A stretch of DNA of 64,000 nt from Salinisphaera sp. (GCF_002729955.1 NZ_PBYA01000033.1:5494-69493), one strand, 5' to 3'. Shown: positions 40,915 through 51,099, numbered from the stretch's first letter. Notes: generated by a model not told the origin, from the sequence alone. Numbers and translations are program-made.

Positions 40915-42225
40915 CTAGCTTGTGAGTATTCTGCTTAGATTCGCGTAGTCCTCTTCGGTGCGGGCGTCGGTTTCGCGTAGTTCCTTGACCTTGCGGCAGG
41001 CGTGCAACACGGTCGTATGGTCGCGGCCGCCGAAGCCCTGTCCGATTTCGGGCAGGCTGTGGTTGGTGAGTTCCTTGGCCAGCGCCATGGCAATCTGCCG
41101 AGGGCGAGCCACTGATCGGGTGCGCTTCTTGCCGAGCAGATCGGCGAGACGCATCTTGTAGTACTCCGCGACGGTCCGCTGGATGTTCTCCAGGGTGACC
41201 AGGCGGTCGTATACCGCGAGCATGTCGTAGAGCGCCTGTTTGGCGAAGTCCACCGTGATGGGTGTGCCGGTGATCTGGGCAGACGCCTTGAGACGGTGCA
41301 AGGCGCCTTCCAGATCGCGCACATTCGAGCGAACCCGTTTGGCGATGAAGAAGGCGACTTCCTGCGGCAGGGTGATGCCGTGGTAGTCGGCCTTGGAGAG
41401 CATGATCGCCACCCGTGTTTCGAGTTCCGGGGGTTCGACTGCCACCGACAGCCCCCAGGAGAAACGCGACTTCAGCCGATCTTCCAGGCCTTCAACTTCC
41501 TTGGGAAAGCGATCGCAGGTGATCACGATCCGCTGGTTCGACTCCAGCAGCGAGTTGAAGGTATGAAAGAATTCTTCCTGGGATCGATCCTTGTTCGCGA
41601 AGAACTGGATATCGTCGATCAGCAACGCATCGAGCGAGCGGTAATGTGCCTTGAACCGATCCATGCGGTTGTGGCGGATCGCGGTGATCATTTCGTTGAC
41701 GAAATGCTCGGAGCGTACGTAGGCGACCTTGGCTCGCGGGTTGGTATCCAGCAGACGGTTGCCCACGCTCTGCATGAGATGGGTCTTGCCCAGGCCCACA
41801 CCGCCATAGATCAGTAGCGGGTTGTAGGCCATGTTGTCGGGGTTGGCTGCCTGTTCGGCCGCGGCCCGGGCGATCTGGTTCGACTTGCCCTGAACGAAGC
41901 TCTCGAACGTATAGCGGCTGTCCAGGTTGTGGCGCGAGGTGGGTGCCGGCGCGGCCGGCTCGCTCGCTGCGGCCTTGGGTTTCTGCCCGCCGCCCACCAG
42001 CACGCGAATACGCTTGGGTACCGCGCCCAGATCGTTCAGGGCGTTGGCGATCGGGGTTCGCAGCTCGCGTTCGACCTGATCGCGTACCACCTCGTTGGGG
42101 GCCATCAGATCCAGGCCTTCGTCGGTGAACTCGGCCTCGAGCGGTCGCAGCCAGAGGTTGATGTCCTTTTCGGGCAGTCGCGCCTCGATATGCGTCAGAC
42201 AGCGTTGCCAGAGCGTGTCAGCCAA
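40915..42225 (-). CDS. dnaA: chromosomal replication initiator protein DnaA
   Basis: 436 aa. AAA+ Walker [19 protein letters not shown], and a C-terminal DNA-binding domain (...[15 protein letters not shown]). Confidence 0.98.
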   Translation of the reverse strand: MADTLWQRCLTHIEARLPEKDINLWLRPLEAEFTDEGLDLMAPNEVVRDQVERELRTPIANALNDLGAVPKRIRVLVGGGQKPKAAASEPAAPAPTSRHNLDSRYTFESFVQGKSNQIARAAAEQAANPDNMAYNPLLIYGGVGLGKTHLMQSVGNRLLDTNPRAKVAYVRSEHFVNEMITAIRHNRMDRFKAHYRSLDALLIDDIQFFANKDRSQEEFFHTFNSLLESNQRIVITCDRFPKEVEGLEDRLKSRFSWGLSVAVEPPELETRVAIMLSKADYHGITLPQEVAFFIAKRVRSNVRDLEGALHRLKASAQITGTPITVDFAKQALYDMLAVYDRLVTLENIQRTVAEYYKMRLADLLGKKRTRSVARPRQIAMALAKELTNHSLPEIGQGFGGRDHTTVLHACRKVKELRETDARTEEDYANLSRILTS

Positions 42226-42301
42226 AATTCCGTTACTCCGTAGCGAAAAAAGCGTGGCCGGGGCCGACGCTGGCGCCTTACCCTAGCGTACGGGCCACAA
42301 G

Positions 42302-42310
42302 TTATCCACA
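42302..42310 (+). promoter_or_regulatory. perfect DnaA box in the dnaA-rpmH divergent promoter region
   Basis: TTATCCACA, 77 nt upstream of the dnaA start. Consistent with dnaA autoregulation. Confidence 0.6.
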
Positions 42311-42404
42311 GCATTTTACAGGCTTGCAAGCGGGGTGGCAGGCGACTAGAATCCGCGCTCTTTACCGTGAAGCGCGTCGTGCCCGGCGCCAGAACGAGAC
42401 CGTC

Positions 42405-42539
42405 ATGAAACGAACTTATCAGCCGAGTAATCTGCACCGTAAGCGTACCCACGGCTTCCGTGCCCGCATGGCTACGAAGAACGGCCGTGCCGTACTGTCC
42501 GCACGTCGTGCCAAGGGCCGCAAGCGCCTGACGCCGTAA
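42405..42539 (+). CDS. rpmH: 50S ribosomal protein L34
   Basis: Internal ATG gives [44 protein letters not shown] (44 aa), canonical L34. Confidence 0.97.
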   Translation: MKRTYQPSNLHRKRTHGFRARMATKNGRAVLSARRAKGRKRLTP

Positions 42540-42548
42540 GGAAACGCC

Positions 42549-42935
42549 GTGCCCCGGGCCGCGTTTCCCGCGACTGCGCGTCTGAGGCAATCGGCAGAAT
42601 TTCGTGCCGTTTTTGCAAACGGCCGCAAGTTCGTCAGTCCGGGATTCGTCGTCATTGCCGCCGAAGGTTCTGCCGGGCAGGCCCGACTCGGATTGGCCCT
42701 GGCGAAGCGGCGCATCGCGCGCGCCGTCGAACGCAATCGCGTCAAACGGGTCCTTCGCGAGTCGTTTCGATTGCACCGCGCCGACCTGGCCCCGATCGAC
42801 GTGGTCGTACTGGCCCGTAGCCTTACGTCGACCATGAGCAACGCCGCGCTGTTCGATCAGCTCGAAGCGCTTTGGCCACAGCTTGATCGTGTGGCAACGT
42901 CGCCGGCCACCCGCTCACCGAGTGACAGCCGTTAA
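42549..42935 (+). CDS. rnpA: ribonuclease P protein component
   Basis: 128 aa (GTG start). RLRQSAEFRAVF and the RNR-like motif AVERNRVKRVLRE. Follows rpmH. Confidence 0.9.
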   Translation: MPRAAFPATARLRQSAEFRAVFANGRKFVSPGFVVIAAEGSAGQARLGLALAKRRIARAVERNRVKRVLRESFRLHRADLAPIDVVVLARSLTSTMSNAALFDQLEALWPQLDRVATSPATRSPSDSR

Positions 42936-42955
42936 CCGAAGGACATTAGCCGCGC

Positions 42956-44704
42956 ATGGAAAATATTCGCTTCGGACTGCTCTGCGCTGTCGCCGTTATC
43001 TGCTTTTTCCTGTATCAGGCCTGGCAGAACGATTACGCGCCCACCCAGGCGGACGCGACGTCGGCCAATAACCAGACCAGCGCCCAGCAGGACTACGCCT
43101 CGGCCGAGGACGACGTCCCGTCGCTGGATTCTGCGCCCACCGCCGACAATGAAGGCGGCCCCGAGCAGCGCGGCCCGCAGGCCAGCGCCGATGAACGCGG
43201 TGCCGACAATGCCCCGGTGGTCAGTCAGGCGGACCAGATCCATGTGGTCACCGACAAGCTCGACGTGATCATCGATACCCGCGGGGGCGACCTGCGCAAG
43301 GTCGAACTGCGTGGCGTGCCGGTTTCCTCGGAACAGCCGGACACCAATCTGCGCCTGATCAACGACAGCGCGCCAAACTTCTTCATTGCCCAGAGCGGTC
43401 TGGTCGCCGACGGCGCCAAGGCGCCCGACCATCGTTCGCGCTACAGCGCCGAGCGCAAGGAATACGAGCTGGCCGACGGCGAGGACAGCATCGAGGTGCC
43501 GCTGACCTGGACCAATGACGCCGGGCACGAGGTCACCAAGGTCTATACCTTCAACCGCGACAGCTACCGCATCGGGCTGCGCCACGAAGTGGCCAACAAC
43601 GCCGGCGATGACTGGAAAGTCTCGCAGTACGTGCGGTTCTGGCGTACCCCCTACGAAATTACCGGCGATGTGCCCTTTGCCCAGGCTTTCTTCGGCGTGG
43701 GCTGGTACAACCGCAAGGACGGCGGCGAGAGCTACAGCTACAAGACCGAAAGCCACGAGGACCTGGGCGAGAACCCGCTCGAGCTGACCCAGCAGGGCGG
43801 CTGGGTGGCCATGATCCAGCACTACTTCATCGGCGCGGCCATCCCGCCGCCGGATGCGAAGGTGCGCTTCTTCGGCGAGCCCAAGAACGTCCCCAATGCG
43901 GCCGGCGGCTTTGCGACCGGCTTCATCGGCGCCCAGCAGGCGATTGCGGCGGGCACGCAGAGCACGCTCGAAGCCACGCTCTTCGTTGGCCCCAAGCTGC
44001 AGGACCAGCTCGACGCCGTGGCCCCCGGCCTGGGTCTGACCGTCGACTACGGCTGGCTGACGGTGCTCGCCAAGCCCATCTTCTGGGTGCTGGAGCATCT
44101 GCATGCGCTCGTCGGCAACTGGGGCGTGGCCATCATTCTGCTGACGTTCCTGATCAAGCTGGTGTTCTACAAGCTGTCGGAAACGCAGTACCGGGCCATG
44201 GCCCGCATGCGCAAGTTCGCGCCGCGCATGCAGCAGCTCAAGGAGCAGTACGGCGACGACCGCCAGAAGCTCCAGGCCAAGATGATGGAGCTCTACAAGA
44301 AAGAGGGCTTCAATCCGCTGGCCGGCTGCTGGCCCATGCTCGTGCAGATGCCGGTGTTCATTTCGCTGTACTGGGTGCTGCGTGAGTCGGTGGAGCTGCG
44401 CCATGCGCCGTTCATGCTCTGGATACAGGATCTGTCCGCGCCGGACCCGTACTACATCCTGCCGGTGGTCTTCGGCCTGACCATGTTCCTGCAGCAAAAG
44501 CTCACCGCGAACGTGACCATGGACCCGATGCAGCAGCGCATCATGCAGATCATGCCCGTGGGTCTGGCGGTGTTCTTTGCCTTCTTCCCGGCCGGTCTGG
44601 TGCTCTATTGGTGCACCAACAACATGCTGTCGATTGCCCAGCAGTGGTATATCTACCGCAAGCTCGACGCTGAAGGCCTCGGCCACAAGGCCGCCAACAG
44701 CTGA
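42956..44704 (+). CDS. yidC: membrane protein insertase YidC
   Basis: 582 aa. N-terminal TM, a large periplasmic domain, and the conserved core (GWLTVLAKPIFWVLEHLH, NWGVAIILLTFLIKLVFYKLS, MLSIAQQWYI). Confidence 0.96.
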   Translation: MENIRFGLLCAVAVICFFLYQAWQNDYAPTQADATSANNQTSAQQDYASAEDDVPSLDSAPTADNEGGPEQRGPQASADERGADNAPVVSQADQIHVVTDKLDVIIDTRGGDLRKVELRGVPVSSEQPDTNLRLINDSAPNFFIAQSGLVADGAKAPDHRSRYSAERKEYELADGEDSIEVPLTWTNDAGHEVTKVYTFNRDSYRIGLRHEVANNAGDDWKVSQYVRFWRTPYEITGDVPFAQAFFGVGWYNRKDGGESYSYKTESHEDLGENPLELTQQGGWVAMIQHYFIGAAIPPPDAKVRFFGEPKNVPNAAGGFATGFIGAQQAIAAGTQSTLEATLFVGPKLQDQLDAVAPGLGLTVDYGWLTVLAKPIFWVLEHLHALVGNWGVAIILLTFLIKLVFYKLSETQYRAMARMRKFAPRMQQLKEQYGDDRQKLQAKMMELYKKEGFNPLAGCWPMLVQMPVFISLYWVLRESVELRHAPFMLWIQDLSAPDPYYILPVVFGLTMFLQQKLTANVTMDPMQQRIMQIMPVGLAVFFAFFPAGLVLYWCTNNMLSIAQQWYIYRKLDAEGLGHKAANS

Positions 44705-44714
44705 TCGATAGCCG

Positions 44715-46073
44715 GTGACGGGTACGCCCGGCGACACCATCGCCGCGCTGGCCAGCGGCGCCGGCCGGGCCGGGGTGGCGGTGGTCCGTGTTTGCGGGCC
44801 GGCCGTACCCCGCATCGCCGAGGCGTTGATCGGCCGCCTGCCGCCCGCGAGGCAGGCCCACGTCTGTGCATTCGTGGATGAACATGGGGTGGCCATCGAC
44901 CGTGGCGTGGCACTCTATTTCGCTGCGCCCGCCTCGTTCACCGGCGAGCATGTGCTCGAACTGCAGGGCCATGGCAGCCCGGTGCTGGTCGATATGCTGC
45001 TCACGCGCCTGCTCGAACTGGGCGTACGCCTGGCCGAGCCGGGCGAGTTCTCGCGGCGTGCCTTTCTCAACGACAAGCTCAGCCTCGACCAGGCCGAGGC
45101 GATCGCCGATACCATCGAGGCCGGCAGCAGCGCGGCCGCCCGTGCGGCCATGCGCTCGCTCGAGGGCGTGTTCTCGCGCGAGATCGAGGCGCTGGTCGCC
45201 GCCCTCGTGGAGCTGCGGGTCTATACCGAAGGCGCGATCGATTTCCCCGACGAGGACGACGTCGACTTTCTCGGCGACGGCGAGATCGAACGTCGTCTGA
45301 CGGTCATCCGGCAGCGACTGGCGGATTTGCGTAGCCAGGCGGTTCAGGGCGCGAGCCTGCGCGAAGGCCTGCGCCTGGTCATTCTGGGTTCGCCCAACGT
45401 CGGCAAGTCCAGCCTGCTCAATCGTCTGGCGCGGCGCGATACCGCCATCGTCACCGATATCGCCGGTACCACCCGCGACGTACTCCACGAGCAGCTGTCC
45501 ATCGACGGCCTGCCGTTAACGCTCGTGGATACGGCCGGCCTGCGTGAAACCGACGATCCGATCGAAGCCGAAGGCGTACGCCGCGCCAAGGCCGAAATCC
45601 GGCATGCCGATCGGGTGCTGCTGGTCGTGGACGACTGCAACGGCCTGGGCGCGGATGAGCGAGCGGTACTGGCCGAGATCGATGGGCGCTGCCCGGTGAC
45701 CGTGATCGCCAACAAGATCGACCTCAGCGGCGGCATTGCCGGGCTGCGCGACAGCGCGGACTACGACACCATCGGCGTCTCGGCGACCAGTGGCGCCGGT
45801 TTCGATGCGCTGGCCGTCCAGCTCAAACAGGCGGCCGGGATGAACGACGATGCGACGCCGGCCTTCGTGGCGCGGCGTCGGCATCTGGATGCGCTCGCAA
45901 GAGCCGCCGAGGCGCTCGAGACCGGCCACGAACGGCTCGTGGTCGATGCGGCCGGCGAACTGCTGGCCGAAGAGCTGCGTACGGCACAGAACGCCCTGGG
46001 CGAGATCACCGGCACTTTTACCAGCGACGATCTGCTGGGCGCCATTTTCTCGAGCTTTTGTATCGGCAAATAA
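44715..46073 (+). CDS. mnmE: tRNA modification GTPase MnmE
   Basis: 452 aa (GTG start). DTIAALASGAGRAGVAVVRVCG, G-domain GSPNVGKSSLLN / DTAG / NKID, and the C-terminal FCIGK. Confidence 0.96.
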   Translation: MTGTPGDTIAALASGAGRAGVAVVRVCGPAVPRIAEALIGRLPPARQAHVCAFVDEHGVAIDRGVALYFAAPASFTGEHVLELQGHGSPVLVDMLLTRLLELGVRLAEPGEFSRRAFLNDKLSLDQAEAIADTIEAGSSAAARAAMRSLEGVFSREIEALVAALVELRVYTEGAIDFPDEDDVDFLGDGEIERRLTVIRQRLADLRSQAVQGASLREGLRLVILGSPNVGKSSLLNRLARRDTAIVTDIAGTTRDVLHEQLSIDGLPLTLVDTAGLRETDDPIEAEGVRRAKAEIRHADRVLLVVDDCNGLGADERAVLAEIDGRCPVTVIANKIDLSGGIAGLRDSADYDTIGVSATSGAGFDALAVQLKQAAGMNDDATPAFVARRRHLDALARAAEALETGHERLVVDAAGELLAEELRTAQNALGEITGTFTSDDLLGAIFSSFCIGK

Positions 46074-46106
46074 GCATTCGCCCCGATTGAGCCGCGCGCC
46101 CAGGCA

Positions 46107-47726
46107 ATGCATGCTGCATGCACGATACCTACGAGCGCCCCCATGTTCGGCTACCCGCGGCTCATCTACGCCGGCTTTGTTCTACTCACGATCGCACTTG
46201 GCCTCGTGCTCGCGCTTTGGTGGCCCGTCGGCCTGTGGCCGTGGCTGCTCATGCTCGCGCTGGTGGTCGTTGGCGCGCTGGATCTGCGGTCACGCCATAA
46301 CGTGCTACGCAATTTTCCCGTTATCGGGCATTTGCGCTACATGCTCGAGTTCCTGCGACCGGAGCTGCGCCAGTACTTCTTCGAGTCGGAAACCAGCGGC
46401 CGGCCCTTCAACCGCGAACAGCGCGAAATCGTCTACAAGCGCAGCGCCGGCGCGGGCGATACCTCGCCTTTCGGCACCATGCGCGACTTCGAGGATGCCG
46501 GCTTCAATTTCGCCCAGCATTCGATGGCGCCCAAGGACGTCGACAAACGCCACGCCCGACTGATGATCGGCGGCTCGCAGTGCCGCCAGCCCTACGATTC
46601 CTCACGCCTGAATATTTCCGCGATGAGCTTTGGCTCGCTGTCCGGCAACGCGGTGGCGGCCATGAACCGGGGCGCGGCGCTGGGGAACTTCGCCCAGGAC
46701 ACCGGCGAAGGCGCGATCAGCGACTATCACCGCGAACACGGGGGCGATCTGATCTGGGAGGTGGCCTCGGCCTATTTCGGTTGTCGGACCAGGGATGGTC
46801 GCTTCGACGACGCCGAGTTCGCGAAAAAGGCCAATACCGATCAGGTCAAGATGATCGAGATCAAGATTTCCCAGGGCGCAAAGCCCGGCCACGGCGGCCT
46901 GCTGCCGGGCTCGAAGGTCACCGAGGAAATCGCCCGCGTGCGCGAGATCGAGGTCGGTGAAGACTGTGCCTCGCCGGCCTCGCATCCGGAATTCGATACC
47001 CCGCGCGGCCTGCTCGAGTTCGTCGATCGGCTACGCCAGCTCACCCACGGCAAGCCGGTCGGCTTCAAGTTCTGCCTGGGTCGCCAGGATGAATTCATGA
47101 GCATCTGCAAGGCAATGCTCGAAACCGGCATCTACCCCGACTTCATCACCGTCGACGGCGCCGAAGGCGGCACCGGGGCCGCGCCGACCGAGTTTCAGGA
47201 TTCGCTGGGCACCTATATCAACGAGGCCCTGCCGTTCGTCGACAATTGCCTGCGGGGCATCGGCCTGCGCGACGAGATCCGCATCATCGCCAGCGGCAAG
47301 GTGGTGATGGGTTTCGATATGGTGGTCAAGATCGCCCTGGGTGCGGATATGTGCAACGCCGCCCGGCCGTTCATGTTTTCGGTGGGCTGTATACAGGCGC
47401 GTCGCTGTCATACCGATACCTGCCCCACCGGCGTGGCCACACAGAACCCCCGTCGCTCGGCGGCCATCGACGTGCTGGGCAAATCGCTGTCGGTGCGTAA
47501 TTTTCACGAGGCCACGATCGGCTCGTTTCTGGATATCACCGGCGCCATGGGCTGTTCGACGCCGGATGCGCTCACCCGCTCGCTGATCCACCACCGGCCC
47601 GAGCACGGCCCGGCCCGTACCTTTGGCGACGTCCATCCGACGGTCAAAAGCGGTGCGTTTCTCAACGGCGACCTGCCGGAAAGCTATGTGAGTGCCTGGG
47701 CCCGGGCCAGCGCGGATGCGTTCTAG
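46107..47726 (+). CDS. FMN-binding glutamate synthase family protein (membrane-anchored GltB-domain-2 homologue)
   Basis: 539 aa. N-terminal TM segments, then a GltS FMN-domain-like core (ISAMSFGSLS, IKISQGAKPGHGGLLPG, ITVDGAEGGTGAAP). The start may be the internal Met at 46143. Confidence 0.85.
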   Translation: MHAACTIPTSAPMFGYPRLIYAGFVLLTIALGLVLALWWPVGLWPWLLMLALVVVGALDLRSRHNVLRNFPVIGHLRYMLEFLRPELRQYFFESETSGRPFNREQREIVYKRSAGAGDTSPFGTMRDFEDAGFNFAQHSMAPKDVDKRHARLMIGGSQCRQPYDSSRLNISAMSFGSLSGNAVAAMNRGAALGNFAQDTGEGAISDYHREHGGDLIWEVASAYFGCRTRDGRFDDAEFAKKANTDQVKMIEIKISQGAKPGHGGLLPGSKVTEEIARVREIEVGEDCASPASHPEFDTPRGLLEFVDRLRQLTHGKPVGFKFCLGRQDEFMSICKAMLETGIYPDFITVDGAEGGTGAAPTEFQDSLGTYINEALPFVDNCLRGIGLRDEIRIIASGKVVMGFDMVVKIALGADMCNAARPFMFSVGCIQARRCHTDTCPTGVATQNPRRSAAIDVLGKSLSVRNFHEATIGSFLDITGAMGCSTPDALTRSLIHHRPEHGPARTFGDVHPTVKSGAFLNGDLPESYVSAWARASADAF

Positions 47727-47863
47727 CGCCGTCGGGTAGAACGTCGGCGTCCGTACTTGGGCGGATTCTTCGCGCGCTGCGACATCGTTACCGTGTGCGC
47801 CCTCTCAGGCGCCCGGCGCATTCAGTTGCCGGACGCCGGACCGGTTTACACAGGAGTACAGCG

Positions 47864-48265
47864 ATGATCGTAAGAGATCACAAAGACGCCGAAAAAACGG
47901 CCGTCGACGAAGAGAAATTCATCAGCCGCCGCTATACGCTGCGCGCCGACGGCATGGGGCATTCGTTTCACGAAACCTATGTCAAACCCGGCTGTGCGCT
48001 GCATATGTGGTACAAGAATCACAAGGAAACAGTGATCTGTATCGAGGGCGAAGGCCAGATCGAGGACCTCACCGAGGGCGGTAAGTGGGATCTCAAGCCC
48101 GGCGTGCTCTATGCGCTGGACAAGCACCAGCAGCATATCCTCTCCAGCGAAAAGGGCATGACCGTGCTGTGCTGCTTCTCGCCCTCGCTGGTCGGCCCTG
48201 AAGATCACGACGAACAGGGCAGCTATGCCCTGCTCGACGACGACGGCAGCGTGCTGCAGCGCTAG
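47864..48265 (+). CDS. ectC: ectoine synthase-like cupin protein (solitary EctC-type)
   Basis: Start trimmed to ATG 47864 (CAGGAG SD). MIVRDHKDAEKT...FHETYVKPGCALHMWYKNHKETVICIEGEGQIEDLTEGGKWDLKPGVLYALDKHQQHIL is colinear with bona fide EctC (MIVR..., HYKHH.EAVYCIEGEGE.E....G....I.PG..Y.LD.HD.H.L). No ectA or ectB lies nearby. Confidence 0.8.
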   Translation: MIVRDHKDAEKTAVDEEKFISRRYTLRADGMGHSFHETYVKPGCALHMWYKNHKETVICIEGEGQIEDLTEGGKWDLKPGVLYALDKHQQHILSSEKGMTVLCCFSPSLVGPEDHDEQGSYALLDDDGSVLQR

Positions 48266-48281
48266 GCGTTCTGGAACCGAC

Positions 48282-49076
48282 CTAGGGCCTATCGGGCGCC
48301 GGCGCGATGCCTCGCGGCGGCGCGACGGTGAACGTCTTCGGCCAGTACTTGCCGGTGAGATAGATACGCCCTTGGTCGGGATCCCAGGCGATGCCATTGA
48401 GCACGTTCGCCCCGCTTGCCGCGTCGCCCAGTGCCGTGCGCAGTGTGCTCGCATCGAGCCAGGCGACGATGGCCCCCGTGTCCGGGTCGATACGTGCAAT
48501 GCGGTCCGAATACCAGATATTGGCCCAGATCTCGCCGTCGATGTATTCCAGTTCGTTGAGCTTGTCGATGGCCTGCCCGCCGTCGTGTACGTCGATACGG
48601 CGGACCACGCTGAAATCGCCGGGGTCGAGCACGCGCAGCGTGGCGCTGCCGTCACTCATGATCAGGTGGCGGCCGTCGTAGGTCAGGCCCCAGCCCTCGC
48701 CCTCGTAGCGGCGTGTGCCGACCTGCTCGAAGCTGTGAATATCGAATACGAAGGCACGCCCGGCGTGCCATGTCAGCCAGAACAGCTGATCGTCTACGCG
48801 TGCCAGCCCTTCACCGAAATAATCCTCGGGCAGCTGAATCTCACGGGTCACGGTATGGTTTGCCGGGGCCACCCGTCGTAGTCGAGACTGGCCGTACTTG
48901 CCCGTACTCTCGAATAACGCGTCGTCGTAATACAGCAGTCCCTGCGTGAATGCCGACGTGTCGTGCGCAAATTCGCCGGTCATGTGGGCGGGGTACGTGG
49001 GGGTAGTCTGGGCAGAACAGGCGCATGCAAGCAATGCAGCCAGCGTAACTGCCGGAAAGCGAAAAAAACGACGCAT
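48282..49076 (-). CDS. glutaminyl-peptide cyclotransferase (beta-propeller, plant/bacterial type)
   Basis: Start trimmed to MRRFFRFPAVTLAALLACACSA (signal/lipobox-like). FTQGLLYYDDALFESTGKYGQSRLRRV and ...NGIAWDPDQGRIYLTGKYWP are typical of this family. Confidence 0.85.
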   Translation of the reverse strand: MRRFFRFPAVTLAALLACACSAQTTPTYPAHMTGEFAHDTSAFTQGLLYYDDALFESTGKYGQSRLRRVAPANHTVTREIQLPEDYFGEGLARVDDQLFWLTWHAGRAFVFDIHSFEQVGTRRYEGEGWGLTYDGRHLIMSDGSATLRVLDPGDFSVVRRIDVHDGGQAIDKLNELEYIDGEIWANIWYSDRIARIDPDTGAIVAWLDASTLRTALGDAASGANVLNGIAWDPDQGRIYLTGKYWPKTFTVAPPRGIAPAPDRP

Positions 49077-49191
49077 GGCCGGATGATATGGCGCACAATT
49101 CAATAGCGCCAGCCCGTCTCGGCGATACCGTTGTGCGCTTTGCACAGCGCCTGCCATCGATGATTGACCACCGCTAGGGAAAACACCAAGC

Positions 49192-50052
49192 ATGGCCGAA
49201 CAAGAACATACCGAACACGACCTTGATTCCAGCCAGAAACGCGACGCCCGCCGTCGCGAAGCGCCGAGCGCGGCCGTGGTCTATGAAGCGATTCGACGCG
49301 AAGCCGAATCGGAGCTGACCCGCCCGCTGCCCGGGCTGGCGTTCTCGGGGCTGGCCGCCGGCCTGTCGATGGGGTTTTCGTTCATCGCCCAGGCCCTGCT
49401 CTACAGCTACACGCCGGAATCCGCCTGGCGTCCGATCATCGCCAGCTTCGGATACTCGATCGGCTTTCTGTTCGTGATTCTCGGTCGCCAGCAGCTGTTC
49501 ACCGAAAACACGCTCACGCCGGTGCTCGAAGTCTTGCGCGTGCGCCAGCTCTCGACCATCTTGCGCACGACTAACCTCTGGGTGGTGGTGCTGATCGCCA
49601 ATATGGTCGGCACGGCCATATTCGCCTTCATGATGTCGTACTTCGATGTCCTCGACCCCAAGATCAACGGCGCCCTGGCCTCGATTGCCGCCAAGGAGTA
49701 CGAAAACGGTTTTGCCACCATGTTCGTGCGCGCCATATTCGCCGGCTGGCTGGTCGCGCTCATGCTCTGGCTGATGCCGTTCGCCGAAACCGCGCGCGTG
49801 GGCGTGATTATTCTGGTGACCTATGTCATCGGCCTGGCCCATTTCCCGCACATCATCGCGGGCTCGGTCGCGGCCCTCTACGGCGTGTTTACCGGCGGCC
49901 ACGGCATGATGGAGTTCTTCAGCGTGTTCTTCGTGCCCACCATTCTCGGCAACGTGCTCGGCGGTGTGGCCATGGTGGCCGCGGTCAACTATGCGCAGGT
50001 CGCCTATAGCGATTCCGATCGCGATGACAGCGACGTCGACAAGGGCGATTGA
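49192..50052 (+). CDS. formate/nitrite transporter (FNT) family protein
   Basis: 286 aa, about 6 TM. FNT-like segments (FSGLAAGLSMGFS, ILGRQQLFTENT, NMVGTAIFA, AHFPHIIAGS). Confidence 0.8.
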   Translation: MAEQEHTEHDLDSSQKRDARRREAPSAAVVYEAIRREAESELTRPLPGLAFSGLAAGLSMGFSFIAQALLYSYTPESAWRPIIASFGYSIGFLFVILGRQQLFTENTLTPVLEVLRVRQLSTILRTTNLWVVVLIANMVGTAIFAFMMSYFDVLDPKINGALASIAAKEYENGFATMFVRAIFAGWLVALMLWLMPFAETARVGVIILVTYVIGLAHFPHIIAGSVAALYGVFTGGHGMMEFFSVFFVPTILGNVLGGVAMVAAVNYAQVAYSDSDRDDSDVDKGD

Positions 50053-50128
50053 CGACGATCTCACCGGTGGCTGGCAAAGTTTTCCCAATACGGTATAGTC
50101 AGCTCACCACTCAAACGGAAAATCTGTC

Positions 50129-50335
50129 ATGGCAGAATCCGACGACAAATGGGAAGGCCGCTGGGATCGTGTGAAGGGCAAGGCCCGCGAGCATTTCGGC
50201 CGTCTGACCGACGACGAGGTTGAGGAAACCAAGGGCAAACGCCAGAACATGCTGGGCACGATCCAGGAGAAGTACGGCGAGACCAAGGAAAAAGCCGAAG
50301 AGATGCTCAAGGAATTCGAGAGCAAATATCTCTAA
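50129..50335 (+). CDS. CsbD family general stress protein
   Basis: 68 aa. KGKAREHFGRLTDDEVEETKGKRQNMLGTIQEKYGETKEKAEEMLKEF is the canonical CsbD repeat. Confidence 0.85.
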   Translation: MAESDDKWEGRWDRVKGKAREHFGRLTDDEVEETKGKRQNMLGTIQEKYGETKEKAEEMLKEFESKYL

Positions 50336-50350
50336 CGCCATGGCGTTTGA

Positions 50351-50379
50351 AAGGGCCGCCCCACGGGGCGGCCTTTTTT
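50351..50379 (+). terminator. intrinsic terminator after csbD (shared with the convergent amidotransferase gene)
   Basis: GGCCGCCC-CACG-GGGCGGCC followed by T6. Confidence 0.8.
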
Positions 50380-51091
50380 ATGCCCGGCGTTCGGCCTGCA
50401 GCGCTTCTGTCCCGGCGTCGCGACGCCTACGGCAGGCCGCGACCAGAGCCCGAAAGAGCCGGCGCTGTGAGCCCTGATAGCACAGATACTCCGGATGCCA
50501 TTGCACGCCGATCACGAAGTCGTATTTCGGGGCTTCAATCGCCTGCACGAAGCCGTCGGCATCGCGGGCAGTGGCACCGATGCCCTCGCCCAGGGCCAGC
50601 ACCGCCTGATGATGCAGGCTGTTCACCCGCAGCCGCCGCCTGCCGAAAATCGCGGCCAGCCGCGAGCGCCGCTTGATCGCGATGGGCTTGCACGACAATA
50701 CGTTCACCCGGTTCGACGTGGCCTGGCGCAACTTGCTGATATCGCTGTAGAGCGTGCCGCCGGCCGCGACGTTGATCAGCTGCGCGCCCCGGCAGATGCC
50801 CAGTACCGGTTTGTTTTCGGCCAGCGCCTGTTTGATGCCGGCCAGTTCGAAGGCGTCGCGGGCGCGGTCGGCGGTATTGTCGTAGGCCGCGCTCGCGCCG
50901 TAGAGGTCGGTGGCGATATCGTCACCCCCGCCGATCAGCAGGCCGTCGATAGGCGTGGGCATGGGGTGGCGCGGCGTGGCACGTACCGCGCGCCCGCCGG
51001 CCAGGGCGATGGCAAGCCATGCGGCCCACCAGCCCGGCGCCCAGCGGCTGGCCTTGCCGGTCACGGCGATAATGGGTCGTGCGCGCCTCAT
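50378..51091 (-). CDS. class I glutamine amidotransferase / gamma-glutamyl hydrolase (peptidase C26, PuuD-like)
   Basis: 237 aa. GICRGAQLINVAAGGTLY (nucleophile Cys) and GVQWHPEY (catalytic His). Confidence 0.85.
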   Translation of the reverse strand: MRRARPIIAVTGKASRWAPGWWAAWLAIALAGGRAVRATPRHPMPTPIDGLLIGGGDDIATDLYGASAAYDNTADRARDAFELAGIKQALAENKPVLGICRGAQLINVAAGGTLYSDISKLRQATSNRVNVLSCKPIAIKRRSRLAAIFGRRRLRVNSLHHQAVLALGEGIGATARDADGFVQAIEAPKYDFVIGVQWHPEYLCYQGSQRRLFRALVAACRRRRDAGTEALQAERRA

Positions 51092-51099
51092 ATCGGCGT

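Noticed and set aside
42226-42404. rpmH-dnaA intergenic region as oriC (the Pseudomonas-type position)
   Set aside because: It is only 179 bp, GC-rich, has a single DnaA box and no AT-rich unwinding element. It is more consistent with divergent promoters plus dnaA autoregulation. It is not fully excluded, because the leading-strand gene-orientation switch occurs here.
42883-43071. 62-aa ORF in the rnpA-yidC junction, considered as a possible yidD
   Set aside because: The sequence lacks the YidD hallmark (Cys-rich CRF.PSCS.Y-type motif) and overlaps both rnpA and yidC out of frame. The rnpA-yidC gap is only 20 nt, so yidD appears to be absent from its usual place rather than hidden here.
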